Below the pieces are notes generated by a model. That model did no database searches. It was not told the DNA's origin and saw only the letters and a list, made by a program, of their open reading frames with translations. From NCBI GenBank assembly GCA_037441705.1, contig JBBIRR010000003.1:1-64000 (forward strand): a stretch of DNA of 64,000 nucleotides. Reading direction: 5' to 3'. Below are positions 48,017 through 58,180 of the stretch, in pieces. The first letter of the stretch is position 1. Every line of letters begins with the position of its first letter. A program made the position numbers and the translations under genes. The stretch comes from Ignavibacteriales bacterium. Its GTDB lineage: Bacteria > Bacteroidota > Ignavibacteria > UBA10030 > UBA6906.

Positions 48017-49816
48017 CTATCTCCGCCTCGTATCGGGGATGTTCTTTGCCAAACGGCCGATCCAGCCGCCCTGGGCTTTCTTCGGATCGACCTTCCTGAG
48101 CGGTTCGTCTCCGTGCTTCTTGTTGATCCAGATTTGCTGTCCGATCGAAAGCAGGTTGAAGACAAAGTAGTAGAGATTAAGACCTGACGGTAAGCTGTTG
48201 AATATCAGAAGCATCATGATCGGCATGAGCCAAACCATTGCCTTTTGCCGCGGATCTGTCACCGTCTGTTTTTGTTGGATGAACATCGTAATGCTCATCG
48301 CAAGGGCAAGCCCGCTCAGCTGATTCATGCCAAAGAGCGGAAGGGTAAAGGGGAGCTTCACGATGGTGTCGGGAATGGAAAGGTCCGTAATCCATCCCAC
48401 AAAATGCGATTGACGCAATTGAATTGTCGCGCTGAACACGTTGTACAACGCGTAGAGTATCGGCATCTGCAGCAAGAGCGGAAGACAACCGCCTGCAGGA
48501 TTCACCCCATACTCTCGATACAGATTCATGATCGCTTTGTTCATCTGCTCGGGGTTGTCCTTGTACTTCTCTCGAATCTCATTCATCATCGGCTGCAGCT
48601 TCTGCATTTTCCGCATCGAGTTCATGCTGGACTTCGTCAGCGGGTGCAGCGCGATCTTGATGATGATGGAGAAAACGATAATGACGACGCCCCAATTGGC
48701 AATGAAGAGATGGAGGAAATTGAAAAGCGGAATGAGGGCGTATTCGGTGATCGGACGGATGATCCAGGCCGCGCCCAAGGACATGATCTGATCGAGATCG
48801 CGCTCCATCGAACGAATGAGTTTGAAGTCGAGCGGTCCCAAGAACACCGTCACCCTCGCTCGTTCACTTGCCGTTCCCTTGAACGGCATCTTCAAAGCGA
48901 TGCTGTATGTTTCCTTGACTCCTCGATCAGGCTGGGCCATGCGGTGTCCTTCGATAAATGCCCCTTCACTCGTGCCCTTCGTCGGCATCAACGCGACTGC
49001 GAAGTACTTGTTGCGCGCTGCCACCCAGTCGGTTGCGCCCGAGATATCTTTCTTTGCGCTTTCCGACTCGCTTGAAGCATCCAGCTCGGCAAGTTCGCCC
49101 CCCGAGTATGCATACGCCAACGCGTAGTGCGACTCGTCAATGCTGTTATGCTCGGCATAGGGAAGCGCGTGTTCCCAAAGAATCTGATACTCAAATCCCG
49201 CTATGACGTCAGCAGCGTTTTCGAAAACAATCTCCGCGTCATACGTGTACTTTTTATTGGTGAAGGTCAGACGTTTCACAATACTCTTCCCCTCACCGGC
49301 GGGAAGGGTTAGATCAACCGAGATCGAATCATCACCCGCTAAGACAATTTTCTTCCACGCGGGGAAGTCGGCATCAAAGTAGAGATTTCGTGTGTTGATC
49401 TGCTTCCCATCTTTCGAGAGAAACAAGAGACTGAAGTCTCCGCCTTGTGTCCAGTCCACAAGGTTGACGGGATACTGGTTCCACGTCTTGAAGTCCTTCA
49501 GCTCCCACCTGCGGATAAGCCCGCCCTTTGAAGTCACTTCGGCAGTATAAAGGTCGGTCTCGACAATGAGGATCTTCTCAGACCCGCGAAGCCGCCGCGA
49601 AAAAAACTCTCCGTAGTCTTCCGAAGATTGCTGTTCTGGCTGGGCTCTCTCGCGGAGCTGCTTTTCGTATACAGTGTCCCTCGCCGGTTGTGCTGCAGCG
49701 TGTGTTGTATCCGTCGGTGGGCGTCTTGAGGCCGGCGGAGCTGGCGCGTTGTACCACATCCACACCATCAGCACGAGACCGATGAGGATAAAGCCTAATG
49801 TTGCCTGTCTATCCAT
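48017..49816 (-). CDS. yidC: Membrane protein insertase YidC
   Basis: N-terminal TM, large periplasmic domain, NWG..II, LQP, GGCLPLLLQMP, WITDLS.PD, PSGLNLY. Confidence 0.97.
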   Translation of the reverse strand: MDRQATLGFILIGLVLMVWMWYNAPAPPASRRPPTDTTHAAAQPARDTVYEKQLRERAQPEQQSSEDYGEFFSRRLRGSEKILIVETDLYTAEVTSKGGLIRRWELKDFKTWNQYPVNLVDWTQGGDFSLLFLSKDGKQINTRNLYFDADFPAWKKIVLAGDDSISVDLTLPAGEGKSIVKRLTFTNKKYTYDAEIVFENAADVIAGFEYQILWEHALPYAEHNSIDESHYALAYAYSGGELAELDASSESESAKKDISGATDWVAARNKYFAVALMPTKGTSEGAFIEGHRMAQPDRGVKETYSIALKMPFKGTASERARVTVFLGPLDFKLIRSMERDLDQIMSLGAAWIIRPITEYALIPLFNFLHLFIANWGVVIIVFSIIIKIALHPLTKSSMNSMRKMQKLQPMMNEIREKYKDNPEQMNKAIMNLYREYGVNPAGGCLPLLLQMPILYALYNVFSATIQLRQSHFVGWITDLSIPDTIVKLPFTLPLFGMNQLSGLALAMSITMFIQQKQTVTDPRQKAMVWLMPIMMLLIFNSLPSGLNLYYFVFNLLSIGQQIWINKKHGDEPLRKVDPKKAQGGWIGRLAKNIPDTRRR

Positions 49817-49854
49817 CTAATAACCTCCAAAAGGGGACGGGCGGCGACGCATGG

Positions 49855-50064
49855 CTACGCCGGATCATACCCGCCCGGGTGCAAAGGGTGACACTTGCTG
49901 ATGCGCTTCAAGGACTTCCAAACACCTCGGGCTGGGCCATACTTCGAAATTGCATCGAGTGCATACTGAGAGCACGTGGGATAAAACCTGCAGGTGTTCG
50001 GCGGAAGCAACGGTGATATCACTGCTCGGTACGCTCGAATGAGGGATGTCAGCATCAGCGTCAT
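49855..50064 (-). CDS. yidD: Membrane protein insertion efficiency factor YidD
   Basis: [16 protein letters not shown]...RI.KCHP..PGGYDP. Confidence 0.95.
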   Translation of the reverse strand: MTLMLTSLIRAYRAVISPLLPPNTCRFYPTCSQYALDAISKYGPARGVWKSLKRISKCHPLHPGGYDPA

Positions 50065-50465
50065 GACCCCTGTCTCAGCCGCATGTGTAACATTCGGCAA
50101 ATCTCACTCACCTCTCTCTGAATGTCTGCCAATGAGAGCCGCCTCACTGAAACATCATCCCGACCTTTGAAATACAGCACCAAGGCAATTCTTGTATGTG
50201 AAGATGGGAGGGACGCTTGCAAGGAGCGGTATTCTATTCGCATCGCTTCGCGCATCAGTCTTTTCAACCTGTTGCGACGAACGGCATTGAAATTTCTTGA
50301 GGAAACCTTGAATCCGACCAAGACTTGTGCACGCTCGCCGCCGTGACCTGGCCCAACCGGATCAAGGACATAGCGACAACGCAACCATCGTGTATCGATT
50401 GTTCTACCGGCTTCGGCTATCCGCTTGAAGAGATCGCGTCCGCGCAGAATCTCCGTTTTCTTCAA
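50061..50465 (-). CDS. rnpA: Ribonuclease P protein component
   Basis: [14 protein letters not shown] (RNR motif); lies between rpmH and yidD. Confidence 0.9.
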   Translation of the reverse strand: MKKTEILRGRDLFKRIAEAGRTIDTRWLRCRYVLDPVGPGHGGERAQVLVGFKVSSRNFNAVRRNRLKRLMREAMRIEYRSLQASLPSSHTRIALVLYFKGRDDVSVRRLSLADIQREVSEICRMLHMRLRQGS

Positions 50466-50487
50466 GCCCGGGCTCTTGCTATCCGTC

Positions 50488-50634
50488 CTATCGCTCGTCG
50501 CTTACCGTTAACTTCTTCCTGCCTTTGGCCCGACGACGAGCAAGGACTGCTCTTCCTTGCTTCGTTGCCATCCGTGCACGAAAGCCGTGCGTGTTTCGCC
50601 TTTTCCGCTCGTGTGGTTGGAACGTTCGTTTCAT
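50488..50634 (-). CDS. rpmH: 50S ribosomal protein L34
   Basis: Not in the ORF track (48 aa). Manual translation: [48 protein letters not shown]. Confidence 0.97.
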   Translation of the reverse strand: MKRTFQPHERKRRNTHGFRARMATKQGRAVLARRRAKGRKKLTVSDER

Positions 50635-50839
50635 CGTGTACTCCAGAAATCTATTAACACTATGATGCTCGGAACGCTGACAGACTTTGCCCCGCTAAGG
50701 TGTGTGTTTACGACCTTGCGAATTGTGCGACAATAAAGGTAACCAACCGCTCCCTGAGAAACAACAAGATTTTCCACTTTTCGCTTGCTAAGCGCTGTTC
50801 CATGTTGTATAATTGCGTACAACCCTCCGTCAACCGCAG

Positions 50840-51097
50840 TGTTGATAACTCGTGAGTAGTTTGCTTTTCGTTCGCTATTTATGACCCTATGGTTTCACAC
50901 GAACTGGTTGTCTGATACTTCTGTGTCACCATTAGGCCTTATCAGGAAATGTGTTACATCCTTTGATATTGCTTTATCCACATCGTGGATAACCGCTGGA
51001 TAACTCATGAAAAATTTCTTGGCTCCCTTGTCCTGTGAACAGAGTTGTGGATAACTCAGCCAAGTGCGTTGAAAAATCATCTGACACATTATCCCTA
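50840..51097. other. oriC sub-region 1: DnaA-box cluster between rpmH and dnaA
   Basis: Perfect boxes TTATCCACA (50974-50982) and TGTGGATAA (51046-51054). Near matches TGTTGATAA (50840-50848), CGTGGATAA (50984-50992), GCTGGATAA (50995-51003). AT-rich non-coding DNA. Confidence 0.85.
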
Positions 51098-51105
51098 TTG
51101 GTGTT

Positions 51106-52572
51106 ATGATCGAGATGTTACATTCTACTGCAGAGCCCACAGAGTTTGAGCAGGCGCAGCGTATGTGGGCCGCATGCCTCGGCATGCTTAGCGAGCACAT
51201 CAACTCACAGACCTTCAAGACGTGGATCGAACCTCTGACCCCCCTTGGTCTCGAGGCGAGTGTGCTTACGCTACGCGTCCCAAGCCAGTTCTTTTACGAT
51301 TGGATTGCCGAGCACTATGAGGAACTGATTACCTCCGTGGCGTCGCATGTGCTGGGCCGACCTGCCACGATCTGTTATGAAATCGCCACCGAGGATCCTC
51401 TCGTGGACACTGAGCCGGAGACCCATCCTGTGCCCCAACAATCCCGAACGGAGAAGCGCGTCTTGCCGGCTCAATCAGAGTCTTCGCGCATGGGAAACCC
51501 GTCTCCCGCGAGTGCTCACCGAAACTCGATGAGCTTCGAATCGCATTTGAATTACCGGTACACGTTCGAGAACTTCATCAAAGGGGAAAGCAACCAGTTT
51601 GCTCGAGCCGCCGCCACGGCCGTTGCCAACAATCCGGGTGGAACGACGTTCAACCCGTTGGTCATCTACGGTGGGACGGGGCTCGGCAAGACCCACCTGG
51701 TGCAAGCCATCGGTAATTACGTTGCCCAACATAACAAGAACAAACGAGTCATCTACGTTTCGAGCGAGAAGTTCACCGTGGAGTTCGTCGACGCAATCCA
51801 AAGCGATCGCGTCAACAACTTCGCAGCGTTCTATCGCAGCATGGATATTCTCATTGTCGATGACATCCAGTTTTTTGTCGGCAAGGAGAAGACGCAGGAT
51901 ATGTTCTTCCACACCTTCAACGCGCTGTACAATCTCTCCAAGCAGATTATCCTCTCGTCCGATAGGCCGCCCAAAGATCTTGACGGACTTGACGATCGAC
52001 TGATTTCGCGCTTTCAATGGGGTTTAACGGCAGACATCCAGCCGCCGGACCTCGAAACACGCATTGCTATTCTCCAGCACAAGGCAAAGGACCAGCAGAT
52101 CGAACTGCCGGGTGACGTGATTGAATGTCTCGCTGCGAACGTTACCACAAATATTCGTGAGCTTGAGGGCTGCCTTATCAGCTTGCTGGCGAAAGTATCC
52201 CTGGAAGGAAAAGAGCTCAATGTGGATCTCGCTCACGAAGTACTCAAGACGGTCGTCGGGCAGGTGAAATCACCCATTACAATCGAAGAGATTCAACGGA
52301 CCGTCTGCGAGTATTTTGGGATTCCGGAAGACCTCGTTCGTGCAAAAACACGAAAGCAAGAGATTGTAAATGCCCGGCAGGTTGCTATGTACCTTGCCAA
52401 GGAGCTCACTAACTCGTCGCTCAAGACGATCGGCACACACTTCGGCGGGCGAGATCACAGCACCGTTATTCACGCCTACCAGTGCGTTGAAGATCAGATG
52501 AAGATCGATTCAAAATATCGGTCCACCGTCGAGCAGATCAAGCGTCGCCTTGAAACACGTACGCGAGTGTAA
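51106..52572 (+). CDS. dnaA: Chromosomal replication initiator DnaA
   Basis: YTFENF, GGTGLGKTH, DDIQF, FHTFN, SRF, RELEG, RQVAMY, GGRDHSTV. Confidence 0.99.
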   Translation: MIEMLHSTAEPTEFEQAQRMWAACLGMLSEHINSQTFKTWIEPLTPLGLEASVLTLRVPSQFFYDWIAEHYEELITSVASHVLGRPATICYEIATEDPLVDTEPETHPVPQQSRTEKRVLPAQSESSRMGNPSPASAHRNSMSFESHLNYRYTFENFIKGESNQFARAAATAVANNPGGTTFNPLVIYGGTGLGKTHLVQAIGNYVAQHNKNKRVIYVSSEKFTVEFVDAIQSDRVNNFAAFYRSMDILIVDDIQFFVGKEKTQDMFFHTFNALYNLSKQIILSSDRPPKDLDGLDDRLISRFQWGLTADIQPPDLETRIAILQHKAKDQQIELPGDVIECLAANVTTNIRELEGCLISLLAKVSLEGKELNVDLAHEVLKTVVGQVKSPITIEEIQRTVCEYFGIPEDLVRAKTRKQEIVNARQVAMYLAKELTNSSLKTIGTHFGGRDHSTVIHAYQCVEDQMKIDSKYRSTVEQIKRRLETRTRV

Positions 52573-53127
52573 GACCCGCGGGAAGTTTTGGTTCGTACTC
52601 CATTCTGTTGTAGTGCAGGATGGAGTATTTCTTTTCTTGTGATGAGTTTTTTCTTGGGTTCGGAGTTGTTGTACACACAATGTGCGCAAGTGTGTTGGTG
52701 AGGTGAAGAATGGCGTTGACAGCAGGTTGATCAGTTTGTTCCTCTTCCGCTGATGTGCCCGCACGGCGTTCTGATGTTGATATCAACGAAGCTTACTGAC
52801 ATCTCATACCATCAATTTACCACTTGAGACGATGGCTTGCTTCGCTTCAGGGTCAATCGACAACTTTGTTGACGAGTGCACCTGTCAACATATTCACATC
52901 CTTTATTACTACTCTTTCTTTATCCATATCTAGAAAGAAAACAATTATTACACTCATACTTGGAGACAAGCGAAGGCGGTCTAACTACGACGATCATCTT
53001 TCTATCACCTTACAGGTCAACAGGTTACTGGAAAAACATTTCTTTGAAGTCTCCCCCTTTTTGAGTAAATTTATGCTGTTTGAAGCGTCTTCATGACCCC
53101 TCATTTTCCTTACCGAAGGAGTTTAGG
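52573..53127. other. oriC sub-region 2: dnaA-dnaN intergenic region with probable unwinding site
   Basis: 555-bp AT-rich spacer. Tandem boxes CTGTCAACA/ATATTCACA (52882-52898) are followed by TCC, TTTATTACTACT trio-like repeats and an AT-rich stretch. Confidence 0.75.
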
Positions 53128-54243
53128 ATGAAATTCACAACAACCACCGGTGAACTTCAGCGCGCACTATCCAAGGTCAGCAGTGTCGTACCCGCGAAGT
53201 CGACGATGCCGATTCTCGAGAATATTCTGTTCGATCTTGTCAACGACACGCTGGTACTGACGGCTACGGACATGGAGATTACGCAAACGATTTCTCTTGC
53301 CGTGAAGGGGACTGAAGATGGAAGGATAGCGATACCGTCAAAGCGACTCATCGACACAGTACGCGCACTTCCGGATACGGAGATTGCGTTTACAATTGAT
53401 ACTACGTCTCAGAAGATAAAGCTCACAACGAAGAACGGCGAGTACAGCATCACTGGAGAGGATGCGAAGGATTTTCCGCCTGTCCCCATCATGACAAACA
53501 AAGATGAACTCGTCATTGATGGTGCCGTTCTGCGGAAGATCATCAATCGGACTGTGTTTGCCGTAAGTACCGATGAGTTGCGGCCTGCGATGATGGGTGT
53601 TTTGCTGCAACTCAAACCGAATGAATTACGGGCCGTCTCAACTGACGGGCATCGTCTTGTTCGTTTTTCGTACAAGCTGCCAAAGGATGGAGGAATAAAG
53701 GGCGATTTCATTGTACCCGCAAAAGCACTGAACGTTGTGAGCAGAACGCTTGAAGGTGGCACAGTAAAACTCGGCATCAGTCAGACGCATGTTCGTTTTG
53801 ACTTCGATTCCAGCATTCTTGTTTCACGGTTGATCGCCGAAACGTATCCGAACTACGAAAGTGTCATTCCTACAGAGAATGACAAGCTCTTGACGGCTAA
53901 TCGTGAGGAGATGATGTCTGCAATCCGTCGCGTTGCGCTGTATGCAAGCGCAACAACGCATCAGATCAAACTCTCGCTCCGAAAGAATCAGCTCACCGTA
54001 AGTGCTCAGGATATCGACTTCGGCGGTGAAGCGAAAGAAAAATTAGAGTGTGAATACGATGCAGATGATCTCGATATCGGATTCAATTCCGTCTACCTGG
54101 TTGACATTCTCTCCCATCTCGAGAGCGAAGCGGTCGCGTTCAAATTCAGTTCGCCTACCCGTGCCGGGGTCGTCACGCCCGCAGGCGAACACGTGGATGA
54201 GGATGTTCTGATGCTTGTGATGCCCGTACGCTTGAATGTCTGA
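53128..54243 (+). CDS. dnaN: DNA polymerase III beta sliding clamp
   Basis: PILEN, ATDME, STDGHRL, SRLI...YPNY, GFN..YL, LVMPV; ATG at 53128. Confidence 0.98.
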   Translation: MKFTTTTGELQRALSKVSSVVPAKSTMPILENILFDLVNDTLVLTATDMEITQTISLAVKGTEDGRIAIPSKRLIDTVRALPDTEIAFTIDTTSQKIKLTTKNGEYSITGEDAKDFPPVPIMTNKDELVIDGAVLRKIINRTVFAVSTDELRPAMMGVLLQLKPNELRAVSTDGHRLVRFSYKLPKDGGIKGDFIVPAKALNVVSRTLEGGTVKLGISQTHVRFDFDSSILVSRLIAETYPNYESVIPTENDKLLTANREEMMSAIRRVALYASATTHQIKLSLRKNQLTVSAQDIDFGGEAKEKLECEYDADDLDIGFNSVYLVDILSHLESEAVAFKFSSPTRAGVVTPAGEHVDEDVLMLVMPVRLNV

Positions 54244-54257
54244 TAATCAAGGAGTGA

Positions 54258-55406
54258 ATGAGAGTCACGCACTTGCGGCTGAAACATTTCAGGAACCACA
54301 CCGACACATCGCTGACGTTTGGAGAGGGCATCAATGCGTTCCTGGGAGATAACGGACAGGGGAAGACCAACGTGCTGGAGGCGCTTTCGTACCTCAGCCT
54401 CACGAAGAGTTTTTATGCCTCCGGCGACGGGACGGTTCTGCAGATCGGACGCGAGACGTTTGAGGTAGAGGGAACGATTGTGTCGGACAACGGGGTGGGG
54501 CATCAAGTACGAGTCACGTACAATCGTGGCGGTGAAAAGACGTTTACGATCAACAGCATCAAACCTGAGACACACGCCTCTGTTATCGGTCGCTTCCCGA
54601 TCGTTATTCTCTCGCCGGAGAACAATGCAATAACCTTCGGTGGGCCAGCCGAGCGCCGGAAGTTTCTCGATCTGCTGCTCTCGCAAATCAGTCGCACCTA
54701 CCTCGAGGATCTGCTGGAGTACCGTCGAGCGCTCAAGCAGCGCAACAAGCTCCTGGCCGACGCACGAAACTCTCAGACATTCATTCCGGAACTTCTCGAA
54801 CCGTGGACGGCTGCCCTTGTGGACCACGGCGCACGGATCATTCGTCAACGGCGCGTTTTCGTGGAAGAATTCCGCAGCGAGGTCCAGAAGGCATATCGAG
54901 AGCTTGTTGGAGAGGCGACGGGCAGCCGGGTCAGCGAGTCTCCCGACATGCGCTATTCATCCCTCCCGGGGATCGAGCAGACCGCTACGCTTGAGGAAAT
55001 CAAGCGCCTGATGGCCGATGAGCTGCAGGAGCGGGTTGGCGAAGAGCGACGCAGAGGAACCACACTCGTCGGTCCGCATCGCGATGATCTGTACCTAACA
55101 ATCAATGGCATCAGCATGCAGCAATTTGCATCGCAGGGACAGCACAAGACGATGCTGATTGCTCTGAAGATTGCGGAGTTTCATTATCTCAAAGAGCGCC
55201 GTGGAGAAGTTCCGGTGGTGCTTCTTGATGACGTGTTCAGCGAATTGGATGAACATCGCTCTCGCTTGCTGCTAACGGCCGCGTCGAGACTCGGGCAAAC
55301 GTTTATCACCACGACGGACGAAGCCGTTTTCCGCGACGTCATTCGCTGGGACGGTACGCATCGAAAGTTTTATGTCGAAGCAGGAAACGTTACGAGCGTG
55401 CATTGA
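54258..55406 (+). CDS. recF: DNA replication/repair protein RecF
   Basis: FRNH, GDNGQGKTN, GPAERRKFLD, GPHRDD, SQGQ, LLDDVFSELD. Confidence 0.97.
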   Translation: MRVTHLRLKHFRNHTDTSLTFGEGINAFLGDNGQGKTNVLEALSYLSLTKSFYASGDGTVLQIGRETFEVEGTIVSDNGVGHQVRVTYNRGGEKTFTINSIKPETHASVIGRFPIVILSPENNAITFGGPAERRKFLDLLLSQISRTYLEDLLEYRRALKQRNKLLADARNSQTFIPELLEPWTAALVDHGARIIRQRRVFVEEFRSEVQKAYRELVGEATGSRVSESPDMRYSSLPGIEQTATLEEIKRLMADELQERVGEERRRGTTLVGPHRDDLYLTINGISMQQFASQGQHKTMLIALKIAEFHYLKERRGEVPVVLLDDVFSELDEHRSRLLLTAASRLGQTFITTTDEAVFRDVIRWDGTHRKFYVEAGNVTSVH

Positions 55407-55423
55407 TGCAGAGGATAGGGCTC

Positions 55424-55750
55424 ATGGCGGAGAACAAACGCAGACGACGTGTGCAGGAAGGAACGAAGAAGCAACCTGAAGCGTTCGGCAGCGCATGGGA
55501 AACGCTGGTGCATCAGTTGGGTATCACGAAGAAGATGAAGCAGGCGTTGGTGCTCAGCTCGTGGGCCGAGATCGTGGGCGAACAGATCGCGCGCGTGACG
55601 GAAGCAGAGCGCATCGAGAACGGAATTTTGTTCGTGAAAACCCTGAACGCCCCCTGGCGCAACGAGCTGACAATGCGCCGGCTGCAGATCATAGAAAAAT
55701 TGAATGCAGCAGCCGGAAGCAAGGTCGTGAAAGAAATCCGATTTCGATAG
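55424..55750 (+). CDS. dciA: DciA (DUF721) replicative helicase-operating protein
   Basis: W.EIVG.QIA......I.NG.LFV......W..EL......I...LN......V.EI.F pattern; typical recF-gyrB position. Confidence 0.88.
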   Translation: MAENKRRRRVQEGTKKQPEAFGSAWETLVHQLGITKKMKQALVLSSWAEIVGEQIARVTEAERIENGILFVKTLNAPWRNELTMRRLQIIEKLNAAAGSKVVKEIRFR

Positions 55751-55767
55751 GATGCATGAGTTTTTGA

Positions 55768-57821
<2,054 letters not shown>

Positions 57822-57822
<1 letters not shown>

Positions 57823-58043
57823 TGATCAAGAACGCTCGTATCCTTGAGCAGCTCGACGCGGAGTACGATCGAGAACATCTCCGGACGCTGGAGCAGAAGT
57901 ATGCAATTCTCGATGCACTCTATCTTCTTGCGAAAGATGCGGGCCACTTCGATCCCAACGATACCTCGATCGACGAGCTGGACATTGAGCTTGCAAGAGT
58001 CTTGAATGCCGACCTTTCAAAAGCTGCTGGCAAGAATTGCTGA
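57822..58043 (+). CDS. Small (73 aa) helical protein, putative antitoxin-like partner of the downstream nucleotidyltransferase
   Basis: MIKN..ILE...T.EQ...I.D.LY..A...G...P......E.DI.LARVLN. From recall, this resembles small proteins that precede DUF6036/AbiEii-like NTases. It overlaps the NTase fragment. Confidence 0.6.
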
Positions 58044-58149
58044 GGCGTTCGATCAGCATCGTATTCCGTATATGATTATTGGAGGCGTCGCGGCAATCCG
58101 GTACGGTCGGCCACGCTTGACGGATGATATCGATATCACCTTAGTTTGA
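58006..58149 (+). pseudogene. Truncated nucleotidyltransferase (DUF6036/AbiEii-like) N-terminal fragment
   Basis: Manual translation: MPTFQKLLARIAEAFDQHRIPYMIIGGVAAIRYGRPRLTDDIDITLV*. The GG.A...RxTxDxD motif is followed four codons later by a stop, 31 nt before gyrA. Confidence 0.75.
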
Positions 58150-58180
58150 GGCTCTCGAAGGCACACGAAGGAAAACATAA

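Noticed and set aside
52573-53127. Small ORFs, a structured ncRNA or CRISPR repeats in the dnaA-dnaN spacer (and in the rpmH-dnaA spacer)
   Set aside because: I saw no regular repeats or tRNA/riboswitch-like structure. The short ORFs are non-conserved-looking, and the sequence is explained by origin elements.
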